A model generated the notes under the pieces. The model was not told the DNA's origin and made no database searches. It saw only the letters and a list, made by a program, of their open reading frames with translations. The translations under genes were made by a program, and so were the position numbers. Of a stretch of 64,000 nucleotides of DNA, positions 36,102 to 46,053 are shown one piece after another (position 1 is the first letter of the stretch; every line of letters begins with the position of its first letter). This DNA comes from Candidatus Moraniibacteriota bacterium (GTDB taxonomy: Bacteria > Patescibacteriota > Minisyncoccia > Moranbacterales > UBA1568). Location of the stretch: positions 198 to 64,197 of the forward strand of contig JAGOSP010000004.1 of the NCBI GenBank assembly GCA_018062205.1, read 5' to 3'.

Positions 36102-36779
36102 ATGATAGCAAAAATGGTGATAGCGATATTTTTCTTTCTCTTTTCCACTTTTTCTTCTTTGGTCATAGCCGATGGAAGACAAATTCCGGCGTCTGATCGG
36201 CAATCGAGTTCTGCAGGCGAGGCGTCTGCCCTTACGAGCACGTCGTTCGACTTCAAGGATCCTCGCTCTTGGGTGGAGCTTGGAGACAATGCTGGTTTGG
36301 CTTTGGCCAAAGCTGCTGAACGACTCGGCGTTGCTGGAGACAAGGTGCTTGAGAGCAATTCGGGGAAAATCGCAGTGGTCTTGATCTCTGCCAAGATATT
36401 GAACGTATCGGCAGCTGACATCGCGACCATGCCATATAAAATCGCAGCGTTTTTTCTGGGGGTGTCGATGCTGTTTATATTTGTTATCGCCTGGATCTGG
36501 TATTTTAATGTTTTGTGCCTGCGCGTTCCTGATGGATCGGTACCGGTGCACAAGGGCTTGATGCTGAGTATTCTTGGATCGGGCGTGTTGTTTTCATTCA
36601 GCGTAGCTTTTTCTGCTCCTTGGGTTGCATTATTCTCAATCGCCATTCCGGCAATCGCTGGTGCAGCCAGGTATCTTGCCATCGCGGATCAGAAAAGCAC
36701 GGCAGAGATGGTTGATTCATCAATTGCAAAACTGGCTGCCAAGCAGCAGTCTCGACCCGAAAACTCTCCGCCGGCTTGA
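36102..36779 (+). CDS. hypothetical secreted/membrane protein, GC-rich
   Basis: RBS GGAGG 8 nt upstream. Signal-anchor followed by 2-3 further hydrophobic helices. The opposite-strand ORF 36026..36682 is treated as a GC-driven shadow. Confidence 0.45.
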   Translation: MIAKMVIAIFFFLFSTFSSLVIADGRQIPASDRQSSSAGEASALTSTSFDFKDPRSWVELGDNAGLALAKAAERLGVAGDKVLESNSGKIAVVLISAKILNVSAADIATMPYKIAAFFLGVSMLFIFVIAWIWYFNVLCLRVPDGSVPVHKGLMLSILGSGVLFSFSVAFSAPWVALFSIAIPAIAGAARYLAIADQKSTAEMVDSSIAKLAAKQQSRPENSPPA

Positions 36780-36976
36780 TTCGATGTTTTTTTTGTGGCT
36801 CGTTCTGACGGGCCTTTTTTTTACTTTTTCTGTAAAATATAAAAGAGGAAAGTGAAGTTTTTTATTTACTGAGGCTCAAGGAGAATCGCGTAAGATTTTT
36901 GATTGGAGAAAGAGTGGGAGTGATTTAGATAGCGAAAGATTTGCTTTTTGGCTCGGGTACGCTACGATAAGGAAGT

Positions 36977-38596
36977 ATGAAAACATATCTTTCCGTCAAA
37001 ATAAGAGAGGCATTGGAGATATCTCAAAGGCAGGGTATTTTGCCGGATTTTGAGCTGCCTCTCTTTCAGGTGAATCGGCCAGAGGAGGTAGCGTTCGGAG
37101 AATATACCACGAACATTGCTTTGATGACAGCAAAACTTACCAAGCAGTCATCTCAGGCATTCGCAGAAGTCTTAAAAGAAACGCTTTTAAAGAACGATTC
37201 AAGAGAACGGTTTTTTGAAAAAATTGAAGTAGCTGGGCCGGGGCACCTTAACTTTTTTTTGTCGCAAAAAGTACTTGGTCAGACAGTGGAGGACATCATC
37301 GCGCAGGGAAATGCTTATGGTGATTCACTTCTTGGTCAAGGTCAAGCGGTAAACAATGAATTTATTTCAGCCAATCCGACAGGGCCTCTTCATTTGGGCA
37401 ATGGTCGAGGGGGATTTTTTGGTGATACCTTGTCTCGGGTTTTGCGCAAGACGGGATATGCAGTGACGAACGAGTACTATGTGAATGATGCTGGCGAACA
37501 GGTAGTCAAACTTGGGCATAGCGTTCTCAAGGACAATGAAGCGGTATATGCGGGCGAATATATCGATGCGCTTCATCAAGAATTTATGGCGAACGATGTT
37601 CAAGCTACTGATGCTCGGGTAATCGGCGAGCAGGCAGCCTTATCCATTTTACAACATGATATACAGCCCACATTAGTCGAAAACATGGGCATTATTTTTG
37701 ACACGTTTACTTCTGAAAAACACGAGATTATTGAGCAGGGATATGTCGATAAGGCACTCTCACTTTTGAGAGAGAAAAATCTGACTTATGAATCAGAGTC
37801 CGCTGTTTGGCTTAAGACAAAAAAATTTGGTGATGATAAAGATCGAGTACTTGTAAAGAGTGATGGTACTCGGACATATTTTGCTTCTGATTGTGGGTAT
37901 CTTCTTTTTAAAATGGAGCGTGGTTTTGCGCGTTTTGTTTTGACACTCGGTGCTGACCATCATGGATATCAGGCTCGTTTGCGTGCTGCGGCAGAGGCGC
38001 TTGGTTTTGTTGGACATTTTGATTTTGTTTTTGTTCAAATGGTACGACTCATGAAAGACGGTGAGGAAGTGCGCATGAGCAAACGGGCCGGTAACGTTGT
38101 TTCGATTGATGAATTGATCGAAAAAATAGGTGTTGACGTCGCGCGTTTTTTCTTTCTCATGTACAGTCCTGATACACACATGAACTTTGATCTTGGTTTG
38201 GCCGAAGAGAGGTCACAGAAGAACCCGGTGTATTATGCTCAGTATGCATATGCTCGGCTCTCGAGTATCGTGCGTAAGGCAGAGGCAGAGGGATTTGATG
38301 CCAATCGTGGCGATGTTTCGCTTTTGACGCATCCAAAAGAAAGGATACTCCTTGCTGAATTACTTGCTTTCCCTGATTTGATCAAGGAAACGTCTGAGAA
38401 TTATTCCGTGCATCATTTGCCGCAATATGCGATACGATTAGCCGACCACTTCCATTCATTTTATGGTGCTTGTCGTGTAATTGATGAAAATGCGCGAGAG
38501 CTTTCTGAGGCTCGCTTGCGATTAGTGAATGGTGTTATAATCGTACTGAAAGAGACGCTTCGTCTCATTGGGGTTTCTGCACCAGAAAGCATGTAA
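36977..38596 (+). CDS. argS: arginine--tRNA ligase
   Basis: Class I motifs PTGPLHLGN (HIGH-like) and MSKR. Length 539 aa. Confidence 0.9.
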   Translation: MKTYLSVKIREALEISQRQGILPDFELPLFQVNRPEEVAFGEYTTNIALMTAKLTKQSSQAFAEVLKETLLKNDSRERFFEKIEVAGPGHLNFFLSQKVLGQTVEDIIAQGNAYGDSLLGQGQAVNNEFISANPTGPLHLGNGRGGFFGDTLSRVLRKTGYAVTNEYYVNDAGEQVVKLGHSVLKDNEAVYAGEYIDALHQEFMANDVQATDARVIGEQAALSILQHDIQPTLVENMGIIFDTFTSEKHEIIEQGYVDKALSLLREKNLTYESESAVWLKTKKFGDDKDRVLVKSDGTRTYFASDCGYLLFKMERGFARFVLTLGADHHGYQARLRAAAEALGFVGHFDFVFVQMVRLMKDGEEVRMSKRAGNVVSIDELIEKIGVDVARFFFLMYSPDTHMNFDLGLAEERSQKNPVYYAQYAYARLSSIVRKAEAEGFDANRGDVSLLTHPKERILLAELLAFPDLIKETSENYSVHHLPQYAIRLADHFHSFYGACRVIDENARELSEARLRLVNGVIIVLKETLRLIGVSAPESM

Positions 38597-38786
38597 AAAA
38601 CAAAAAGCATGATTCGGAGAGTTCCCAAAAAATACCAGGAAAAATATATGAGACCGCAAGGGTTTAGCGGACAAGTTCTCTTTTTCGCGTGTAAAGTTAT
38701 TGGACCGGTAGCATTGTTTTTTGTTTCAGCAGTTGGTTTCGATGTCTATTCTTTGATGAGGTAATTTGTTTGTGAGAGTAAGTGTG

Positions 38787-39359
38787 ATGATGCAGCCAAT
38801 AAAAATTTATTTGGTGCGACACGGAGAAGCGGAACACAATGTGCTGAGTATTGGCTCTTCTTTACCCGAAATAACGGAGCGACATTTGACAGAGAAAGGA
38901 AAAGATCAGATTCGGGAAGTTGCAGAATTTCTTCGAGATAAGTCAGTTTCTGCCATTATTAGTTCACCACTATTGCGAACGCGTGAGACGGCAGCAATTA
39001 TTTCGAAATCAGCTGGCGTGCCAGTTGATATCGATGATCGTTTACATGAGACTGGTTTAGGGATTTTCAATGAAAAACCGATACAGTTATTTTTTGATAA
39101 ATATCCAAAACCAGAGATGCGTCTCAGTCCTGATCGCGCGGATGGCGTAGAGAGTTTTATTGATATGAGAGGAAGGCTCCAGCGTTTTTTGAGTGATCTC
39201 GAAGAACACTATGCGGGCAAAACAGTGGTGGTTGTTTCGCATGGCGATCCGCTCGAACAATTACATGGTATCTTGACTCACGAGGCCCCTGGACTTTCCG
39301 CTACTGGCTGGTACCCTACGAAGGGGAGTTGTACAGAAGTGGTCTGGATCGGAGCATAA
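38787..39359 (+). CDS. histidine phosphatase family (phosphoglycerate mutase-like) protein
   Basis: IYLVRHGEAEHN (RHG catalytic motif) and SSPLLRTRETA. Confidence 0.8.
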   Translation: MMQPIKIYLVRHGEAEHNVLSIGSSLPEITERHLTEKGKDQIREVAEFLRDKSVSAIISSPLLRTRETAAIISKSAGVPVDIDDRLHETGLGIFNEKPIQLFFDKYPKPEMRLSPDRADGVESFIDMRGRLQRFLSDLEEHYAGKTVVVVSHGDPLEQLHGILTHEAPGLSATGWYPTKGSCTEVVWIGA

Positions 39360-39518
39360 AAAAACTGTTCTCTTGAATCAGTCATCATTCCTCTTGATTG
39401 AGTGAAAATAGAAGAGGACCAGGTGAGATAAAAAATAACCCTTTGTGCTCTCTCTAGAGTACTGGTAAGATGGGGAGAAAGTACTTATTCTATAAAGAAG
39501 AAATATTGAGACAATACT

Positions 39519-40004
39519 ATGGATGAATATCTTGAAGCATTAAAGAAGTATGCAGCATTTGACGGCCGAGCCAGTCGACGAGAATATTGGATGTTTACCG
39601 GAGTAAACCTTCTCATTGTATTTATACTGGGAATAATCGGTGCCATGATACATATCAGGATACTCGCGCTGTTGTATACCCTCACTGTTCTTGTTCCTTT
39701 ATTTGCAATTAGTATACGTCGATTACACGATACAAATCGGAGCGGCTGGTGGTTGCTTCTCGGGCTTGTCCCAGTTATTGGTAATCTAGTACTTCTCATG
39801 TTTACTTTGCAGGGGAGTCAAAATGAGGGGAATAGATATGGTGATGTCTCTGAGCGTACTCGAATCACCGAGCAAACACTTTCTGATTTTATAGCGCAAT
39901 CTCGAGCAGCAGGGCAAACGGATGGACAGATTAAAATTGCGCTCCTTGAAAAAGGTTGGTCTTACAAAGATATCGAATCGATACTGAGGGGCGATAAGGA
40001 GTAG
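39519..40004 (+). CDS. DUF805 (YhaH-like) membrane protein
   Basis: GRASRREYW ... RRLHDTNRSGWW ... VPVIGNL are DUF805 hallmarks. Confidence 0.75.
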   Translation: MDEYLEALKKYAAFDGRASRREYWMFTGVNLLIVFILGIIGAMIHIRILALLYTLTVLVPLFAISIRRLHDTNRSGWWLLLGLVPVIGNLVLLMFTLQGSQNEGNRYGDVSERTRITEQTLSDFIAQSRAAGQTDGQIKIALLEKGWSYKDIESILRGDKE

Positions 40005-40074
40005 CTTTTTTGGTCAAGGAAGAAAGCGTTTGATTTTTCTTCTTTGGGATGTTACTCTGGGTCTACAATTTTGA

Positions 40075-40297
40075 AAGGCATTGATGAGGCAATCACCTCG
40101 GAGCCTGGGGAAGAAATTTGGCTTGGAATTCGTTGTTGAAGCGAACAAAGACAAAGAATAGAACCTCACGTCGCGCGCGTTTGCAAGCGTATAATAAGTC
40201 CGTCTTCTTCATCAATGTGATGTGGATATGACGGAGAAGCCAGGGTGGTACCACGTCTTTGACGTCCTTGACACGAGTTTCGTGTTGAGGATTTTTT
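40075..40297 (+). ncRNA. T-box riboswitch leader (Ile-specific candidate) with intrinsic terminator
   Basis: T-box consensus-like AGGGTGGTACCACG at 40242-40255. A 10-bp terminator hairpin CCTTGACACG-AGTTT-CGTGTTGAGG plus TTTTTT at 40266-40297. Candidate specifier AUCA at about 40092. Confidence 0.55.
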
Positions 40298-40332
40298 GTG
40301 TGTGAGTGCTGATTATTTTTTGAGAGAGAGCT

Positions 40333-43300
40333 ATGAAATCTATATTTAAAAAAGTAGAAGCGCAGGCGAATTTTCCAAAAATGGAGGAGGAGATTTTAAA
40401 ATATTGGGAGATGGAGAACATTTTTGAAAAGTCAGTAGCGGGGCGCGAGGGGAAGCCACGCTATAGTTTTAACGATGGACCACCTTTTGCAACTGGGACG
40501 CCGCACTATGGACATATTGTGGCAAGTGTTATCAAAGATGCGGTGCCGCGCTACTTCACGATGCGGGGATTTCAAGTGGAACGGAAGTGGGGTTGGGATT
40601 GCCATGGCCTGCCAATCGAAAATATCGCCGAGAAAGCTCTTGGTATTAAACACAAGAAAGATATCGAAGCCCTTGGCGTGGCGAAGTTCAATGAATTCTG
40701 CCGTGGGACAGTATTAGAATATGCAGCCGAGTGGGAAAAGGTGATGCCGCGCATTGGACGCTGGGCAGATATGCGGCATGCATATCGAACGATGGATAAG
40801 GAGTATATGGAAAGTGTCTGGTGGGTATTTAAAACCCTCTGGGACAAGGGGCTTATTTATGAGAGCTATCGTTCCATGCATATTTGTCCGCGCTGTGAAA
40901 CCACTCTCTCTCAGCAGGAAGTGAGTGACAATTATATCGACGTGAAGGATTTATCAGTGACAGCCAAGTTTGAATTAGCAGATGAACCAGGAACCTTTAT
41001 ACTCGCGTGGACAACAACCCCATGGACATTGCCGGGAAATGTGGCTTTGGCAGTGGGGAGTGAGATTGAATATCTTCGTGTGAAATTCGACAGCAAGGAG
41101 GAACACACCGAATCCTCGTCAGATTATTCAGTGGATAAAAAGAAGACCATAGAGCCTGGGATATATATATTTGCGAAAAAAAGATATTTAGATTTTGAAG
41201 AGCTTTTTGATCCTGCAGATTATACTAAATTTCTGAATGGAACCATACAAATTGAAGATATCTCTAATGTTAAAGGCGTTATTAGTGGTAGAGACTTAGT
41301 AGGACAGCGCTATAAACCACTTTTCAATACCTATGCCAACGATACGACGCTTGAAAATCATGAGCGAGGCTGGAAAATCTATGTGGCAGATTTCGTGAAC
41401 ACCGATGAAGGAACGGGAGTGGTCCATATCGCGCCAGCTTTCGGTGAGGATGATATGGAACTCGGGAGAAAAGAATCATTGCCCTTTGTTCAACACGTAC
41501 GCATGGATGGAACAATGAAAGATGAAGTGACGGAATTTGCTGGCATGGATATTAGTCCGCGTGCCAAAGGAAAGGTCGAGGAAATTCGTGAGTCAGATCT
41601 TACTATTGTAAAATATCTCACTGGCAAAGGCTTGGTGTTTACTTCAGAAAAATATCTCCACAGCTATCCGCATTGCTGGCGTTGTGATACGCCGCTTCTT
41701 AACTACGCGACATCATCATGGTTTGTCGCAGTGACAAAGATTAAAGAAAAATCCCTTGAATTAGCCAAACAAATATACTGGTCTCCCGAACATATTAAGG
41801 AAGGTCGTTTTGGAAAGTGGCTTTCGGGTGCGCGTGATTGGTCCATTAGCCGTCAGCGTTACTGGGCAAGCGTGATGCCAATTTGGAAATGTGAGTGCGA
41901 GGAACTTCGGGTGTTTGGATCGGTGGCGGATCTCGAAAGAGCAAGTGGTAAAAAAATCACTGATCTCCATAAGCATATTGTGGATGACATTGTTGTGCCA
42001 TGTGAAAAATGCGGAGAGACCATGCATCGTATTCCAGATGTGCTTGATACCTGGTTTGATTCGGGCTCAATGCCGTATGCACAGGAACACTATCCGTTTG
42101 AAAATGCAGGACATTTTCAGAGTGGTTTTCCGGTTGATTTCATTGCTGAGGGAGTAGATCAAACACGTGCTTGGTTTTATTACCAACATATACTGGGGAC
42201 AGCAGTTCAGGAGAGCGTTGCATTCAAACATGTCATTGTGAACGGCATTGTTTTGGCTGAAGATGGCAAAAAAATGTCCAAGCGGCTCAAGAATTATCCC
42301 GATCCAATGGAAGTGGTACAACGACATGGAGCTGATGCTTTGCGATTGTATCTTCTTTCTTCGCCGATTGTTGCCGGGGAGAATCTGAATTTTTCGGAAC
42401 GTGATTTGACCGAGAGCTCCCGTAATGTATTTCGCATGCTTTGGAATTCGTATTCCTTCTTCGTGATGTATGCCGTAATTGATGAATGGAGCCCGAAAGA
42501 AAACATAAAACCATCGGAGCATGTTCTTGATAGGTGGATGCTTTCGGAACTTCAAATACTTATTCGCAGTGTCGATCAGGCAATGGAATCCTATGAACTT
42601 GCACGCGCGACACGCTTGTTTGCGCCCTTCATTGATCAATTATCCAACTGGTATATTCGACGCAGCCGGGACCGATTTTGGAAATCCGAGAACGATACGG
42701 ACAAAGAACACGCCTATCAAACACTGTATGATGTCCTGGTGACACTCTCTCAATTAATGGCTCCGTTTACCCCTTTTCTTGCCGAAGAGCTCTATCGGAA
42801 TTTGACTGGGAAGCCATCTGTCCACCTGAGCGATTGGCCAGTAGTTGCTGAAAAATTGGTAGATGAGAAACTGAATGAGGACATGAGTTTGCTTCGTGAA
42901 GTGGTGACTCTCGGTCTCCAAAAACGTGCTGAGAAAAACATGAAAGTTCGACAACCGCTTGCAAAAGTGCTTCTTCCTCACAAATACGGGGGTCTCTTTG
43001 ATGAGGCAAAGTGGCGCGCTATTCTCTGCGAAGAATTAAATGTTCATGGAACAGAACTGCGCGATACCGAGGATGTCGATTTTGATTGGGCACTCACTGA
43101 TGATTTGAAGCTCGAAGGTGAGATGAACGAAATCAATCGGGCTATTCAGGAAGGAAGGAAAAAAGCCGGATTTCACGTGGAGGATCGTATCGTGCTGGGC
43201 TATCAAGGGAAAGCAAATGTCTTTGAAAAATTTCAAACGGAAATCGCACGAAAAGTCCTCGCTGAAACGGTGACACCTGGTGATGTGGCTAATGCTGAAT

Positions 43301-43359
43301 ATATCGCCACCATTGACATCGAAGGAGAGCCATTTACCTTTCAGTTGAAACGAGTATAA
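40333..43359 (+). CDS. ileS: isoleucine--tRNA ligase (type 2, eukaryote-like)
   Basis: HIGH motif PFATGTPHYGHI. KMSKS motif KMSKRL. 1008 aa. Confidence 0.95.
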   Translation: MKSIFKKVEAQANFPKMEEEILKYWEMENIFEKSVAGREGKPRYSFNDGPPFATGTPHYGHIVASVIKDAVPRYFTMRGFQVERKWGWDCHGLPIENIAEKALGIKHKKDIEALGVAKFNEFCRGTVLEYAAEWEKVMPRIGRWADMRHAYRTMDKEYMESVWWVFKTLWDKGLIYESYRSMHICPRCETTLSQQEVSDNYIDVKDLSVTAKFELADEPGTFILAWTTTPWTLPGNVALAVGSEIEYLRVKFDSKEEHTESSSDYSVDKKKTIEPGIYIFAKKRYLDFEELFDPADYTKFLNGTIQIEDISNVKGVISGRDLVGQRYKPLFNTYANDTTLENHERGWKIYVADFVNTDEGTGVVHIAPAFGEDDMELGRKESLPFVQHVRMDGTMKDEVTEFAGMDISPRAKGKVEEIRESDLTIVKYLTGKGLVFTSEKYLHSYPHCWRCDTPLLNYATSSWFVAVTKIKEKSLELAKQIYWSPEHIKEGRFGKWLSGARDWSISRQRYWASVMPIWKCECEELRVFGSVADLERASGKKITDLHKHIVDDIVVPCEKCGETMHRIPDVLDTWFDSGSMPYAQEHYPFENAGHFQSGFPVDFIAEGVDQTRAWFYYQHILGTAVQESVAFKHVIVNGIVLAEDGKKMSKRLKNYPDPMEVVQRHGADALRLYLLSSPIVAGENLNFSERDLTESSRNVFRMLWNSYSFFVMYAVIDEWSPKENIKPSEHVLDRWMLSELQILIRSVDQAMESYELARATRLFAPFIDQLSNWYIRRSRDRFWKSENDTDKEHAYQTLYDVLVTLSQLMAPFTPFLAEELYRNLTGKPSVHLSDWPVVAEKLVDEKLNEDMSLLREVVTLGLQKRAEKNMKVRQPLAKVLLPHKYGGLFDEAKWRAILCEELNVHGTELRDTEDVDFDWALTDDLKLEGEMNEINRAIQEGRKKAGFHVEDRIVLGYQGKANVFEKFQTEIARKVLAETVTPGDVANAEYIATIDIEGEPFTFQLKRV

Positions 43360-44076
43360 ATGGAATATCGTTACACCGCTATTGTACTGAAAAAAAGAGA
43401 GATCGGAGAAACCGACCGTCTCTACACGTTCTATACCAAGGAGCAGGGAAAGGTACGAGCGGTGGCCAAGGGAATTCGAAAATCAGGAGCGAAACTTGCG
43501 AGTCAGCTTGAAAATGGGATGCTCGCTGATGTCGCTGTAGCACGGACGAGGGGAACGGGAAAAATTACCGGAGCATTAGCAGAAGAACAATATCCAAAAC
43601 TACGCAATCAATTAGAAGGTCTCCGTGCTGTGTTGGCAACCCTAGATCGATTCGAGCGATTGGTTCAATTTGATGAACCAGATGAGCAGTTGTATTTTCT
43701 TCTAGCTAACTTTTTGAGGTATGCCGAAAAAAGTGCAGCAGAGAAAAATCAGGAAATTATACGTTTGCTTGGGCCCGCTTTTCTCTTTCAAGCTATTGCG
43801 CGTCTTGGCTATGCTATGGAGGCGCGCGTTTCAGCTGTGAGCGGACAAAAATTTCTTGGACATGAGCGATTCTTCTTCTCAGCAGCTCAGGGAGGAATTG
43901 TTTTTTCGTCTGAATGCGGAGAAAATCCATCATTTCCGGTGAGTAAAAATGCTGTGAAACTTCTGCGGGTGTTCCAAGAACATCCATTATTAGCGGTAAC
44001 AAAAATACGTGTTTCCGAAAAGGATGTGCGCGAGATAGAGCGTGCGATTCAGTATTTGGTTGAATGGGTTCTTTAG
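43360..44076 (+). CDS. recO: DNA repair protein RecO
   Basis: N-terminal OB fold (IVLKKREIGETDRLYTFYTKEQGKVRAVAKG) and a C-terminal alpha-helical domain. The ATG immediately follows the ileS stop. Confidence 0.75.
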   Translation: MEYRYTAIVLKKREIGETDRLYTFYTKEQGKVRAVAKGIRKSGAKLASQLENGMLADVAVARTRGTGKITGALAEEQYPKLRNQLEGLRAVLATLDRFERLVQFDEPDEQLYFLLANFLRYAEKSAAEKNQEIIRLLGPAFLFQAIARLGYAMEARVSAVSGQKFLGHERFFFSAAQGGIVFSSECGENPSFPVSKNAVKLLRVFQEHPLLAVTKIRVSEKDVREIERAIQYLVEWVL

Positions 44077-44086
44077 AAATATCGTG

Positions 44087-44112
44087 CACGTTGAGGCGAA
44101 CGTTTGTTTTTG
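44087..44112 (+). terminator. weak Rho-independent terminator
   Basis: ACGTT-GAGGCG-AACGT followed by TTGTTTTT. Confidence 0.35.
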
Positions 44113-44140
44113 GTAGAATGAAGGCAATAAAGAAAAAAAT

Positions 44141-46051
44141 ATGGGACTGCAAGATTTAAATGAAGAACTGCACGGAAGAGAACTCCATCGTGCTCGTATG
44201 TCTGAACATACAGTATATGATCCAACAACTCCTGGGAATCAAGCGAATGGAAAACGGCAGGCTTTTGAATCTGCTGGAGAATGGCAAACAACAAATCGTC
44301 CGAGCGGGGATGTCGTTTTTATGCAGCAAGAGAAGCGCAAGCATTGGATTGTGTTAAGTCTTGGTGGAATAGCGATAGTGGCCCTTCTCGTTGGATCTGT
44401 TTTTAAGATACGCTCACTTCTGTATAGCGAGGAACAGATATTGTTTACCGTAAATGGGCCGAGGCAGGTAGCGAGTGCTGAATCAAGTGAATTTACTATT
44501 ATCTACAGCAATAAGAATTGGTCTGATTTGGAGAACGTTTCGCTGATAGTCGGATATCCAGATGGCTTTCAGCCAGATGAGGATTCAAGAATGAAAATGA
44601 GTGGCTCACAATTGGAAATCCCACTCGGAACGGTTAATGCGCGTACAGATGGTAAGGCGACTTTTTCGGGAAAATTTTATGGTTCACGGGGAGATACTCT
44701 TTTCCTAAAGATGCGTCTACGTTATTCCCCAGCAAGCCTGAGTTCTCAGTTTGAGAAAGAAGAACAGTATGGTGTTTCGATAGCGTCTTCTATTTTGGCT
44801 ATTAATATGATTGCTCCTCAGCAGTCATCCAGTGAAAGTGTAGTGGAATACGCTATTGATTATACAAGTCAGAGTGACAAAAGTATTGCGAATATCCGCG
44901 TGAAGGTTGAATATCCAGAACAATTTACATTTGTATCAGCAGAGCCAGCTCCATCGGAAGGGAATTCAGTTTGGTATATCGGAACACTTAATCCTGATCA
45001 GAAAGGAAAAATTATTGTTAAAGGTAATTTGACTGGCGCTCAAGATGAAATAAAAAAGACCAAAGCATCTATTGGTTATATGGGAGGAGGAAGATTTGTC
45101 GCCTATGGTATATCGGAACAATTGACTCGTATTGTTGTTCCACCATTGTCTATCACGCAGACAATCAATGGGAAGCGTGATTTGAATGTGAATGCAGGCG
45201 ATATGTTGAACTTTGATATTTCATATCGCAACGAGAGTAATATTGGTCTTCGCGATGCTATCATTACCATGAATTTGAATTCCGAATTGCTCGACTATCA
45301 GAAACTCAAACAAGAAAAAGGATCATATAATTCATCGAATCAAACATTGATTTGGAAAGCATCTGATCTCCCCGGGTTAGCGCGTCTGAATCCTGGCGAG
45401 GGAGGAACGGTTTCTTTTTCAATCCCGATGTTGAATCCTATTCCAAGCAGCATCTCAGGTAAGAATTTTTCTCTGCAAACAACCGCAAAGATTGATAGTC
45501 CGGATATTCCGACCCCGATCGGTTCCAATAAGATTATTGCGAGCAATACTTTGATGACAAGGGTGAGTTCGTCTGTGAATATCGGTCTGTATCTGAATCA
45601 GAACGATGCGTTACTTGTCGGGAAAGGTCCTCTTCCACCAGTAGTCGGCGAAGAAACTCTTTACACGCTTAAGATTCGATTGAACAATGAATACAATGAT
45701 GTGACAGGTGCAAAGTTGGTGATTACTCTGCCGAGTAGTTCGAAGTATCAGAAAAAATTTGCACCTGATACTGAGGCTGTTGAATGGAATGATCGTACGA
45801 ATACTCTGGTGTGGGATTTGGCAACCTATCGAGCAGCTCGTGGTGCAAATCGGGAATTACGTTTTCAGGTAGCTGTCACCCCAGAGATATCAATGGCGAA
45901 TAATGATCTCCTCTTGATTAATGGAATGGTATTCACCGGGAAGGATCAGTTCACTAAACAGGATATTCGTATTGAAAAAACCGAACAAGAGACACGAAAT
46001 ATCAAAAAAGAGGATGGAAGCTTTGTGAGTATGGTCGTCATAGGGAATTAA
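44141..46051 (+). CDS. large membrane-anchored surface protein with repeated beta-sandwich (DUF11/CARDB-like) domains
   Basis: N-terminal TM (WIVLSLGGIAIVALLVG). Several roughly 100-aa segments have a Thr/Asn-rich beta-strand character. Confidence 0.55.
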   Translation: MGLQDLNEELHGRELHRARMSEHTVYDPTTPGNQANGKRQAFESAGEWQTTNRPSGDVVFMQQEKRKHWIVLSLGGIAIVALLVGSVFKIRSLLYSEEQILFTVNGPRQVASAESSEFTIIYSNKNWSDLENVSLIVGYPDGFQPDEDSRMKMSGSQLEIPLGTVNARTDGKATFSGKFYGSRGDTLFLKMRLRYSPASLSSQFEKEEQYGVSIASSILAINMIAPQQSSSESVVEYAIDYTSQSDKSIANIRVKVEYPEQFTFVSAEPAPSEGNSVWYIGTLNPDQKGKIIVKGNLTGAQDEIKKTKASIGYMGGGRFVAYGISEQLTRIVVPPLSITQTINGKRDLNVNAGDMLNFDISYRNESNIGLRDAIITMNLNSELLDYQKLKQEKGSYNSSNQTLIWKASDLPGLARLNPGEGGTVSFSIPMLNPIPSSISGKNFSLQTTAKIDSPDIPTPIGSNKIIASNTLMTRVSSSVNIGLYLNQNDALLVGKGPLPPVVGEETLYTLKIRLNNEYNDVTGAKLVITLPSSSKYQKKFAPDTEAVEWNDRTNTLVWDLATYRAARGANRELRFQVAVTPEISMANNDLLLINGMVFTGKDQFTKQDIRIEKTEQETRNIKKEDGSFVSMVVIGN

Positions 46052-46053
46052 AT

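Noticed and set aside
36026-36682. 218-aa minus-strand ORF overlapping the 36102..36779 gene
   Set aside because: The plus-strand ORF has a GGAGG RBS, a signal peptide and is co-oriented with its neighbours. The minus ORF has a Pro/Ala/Gly-rich low-complexity translation.
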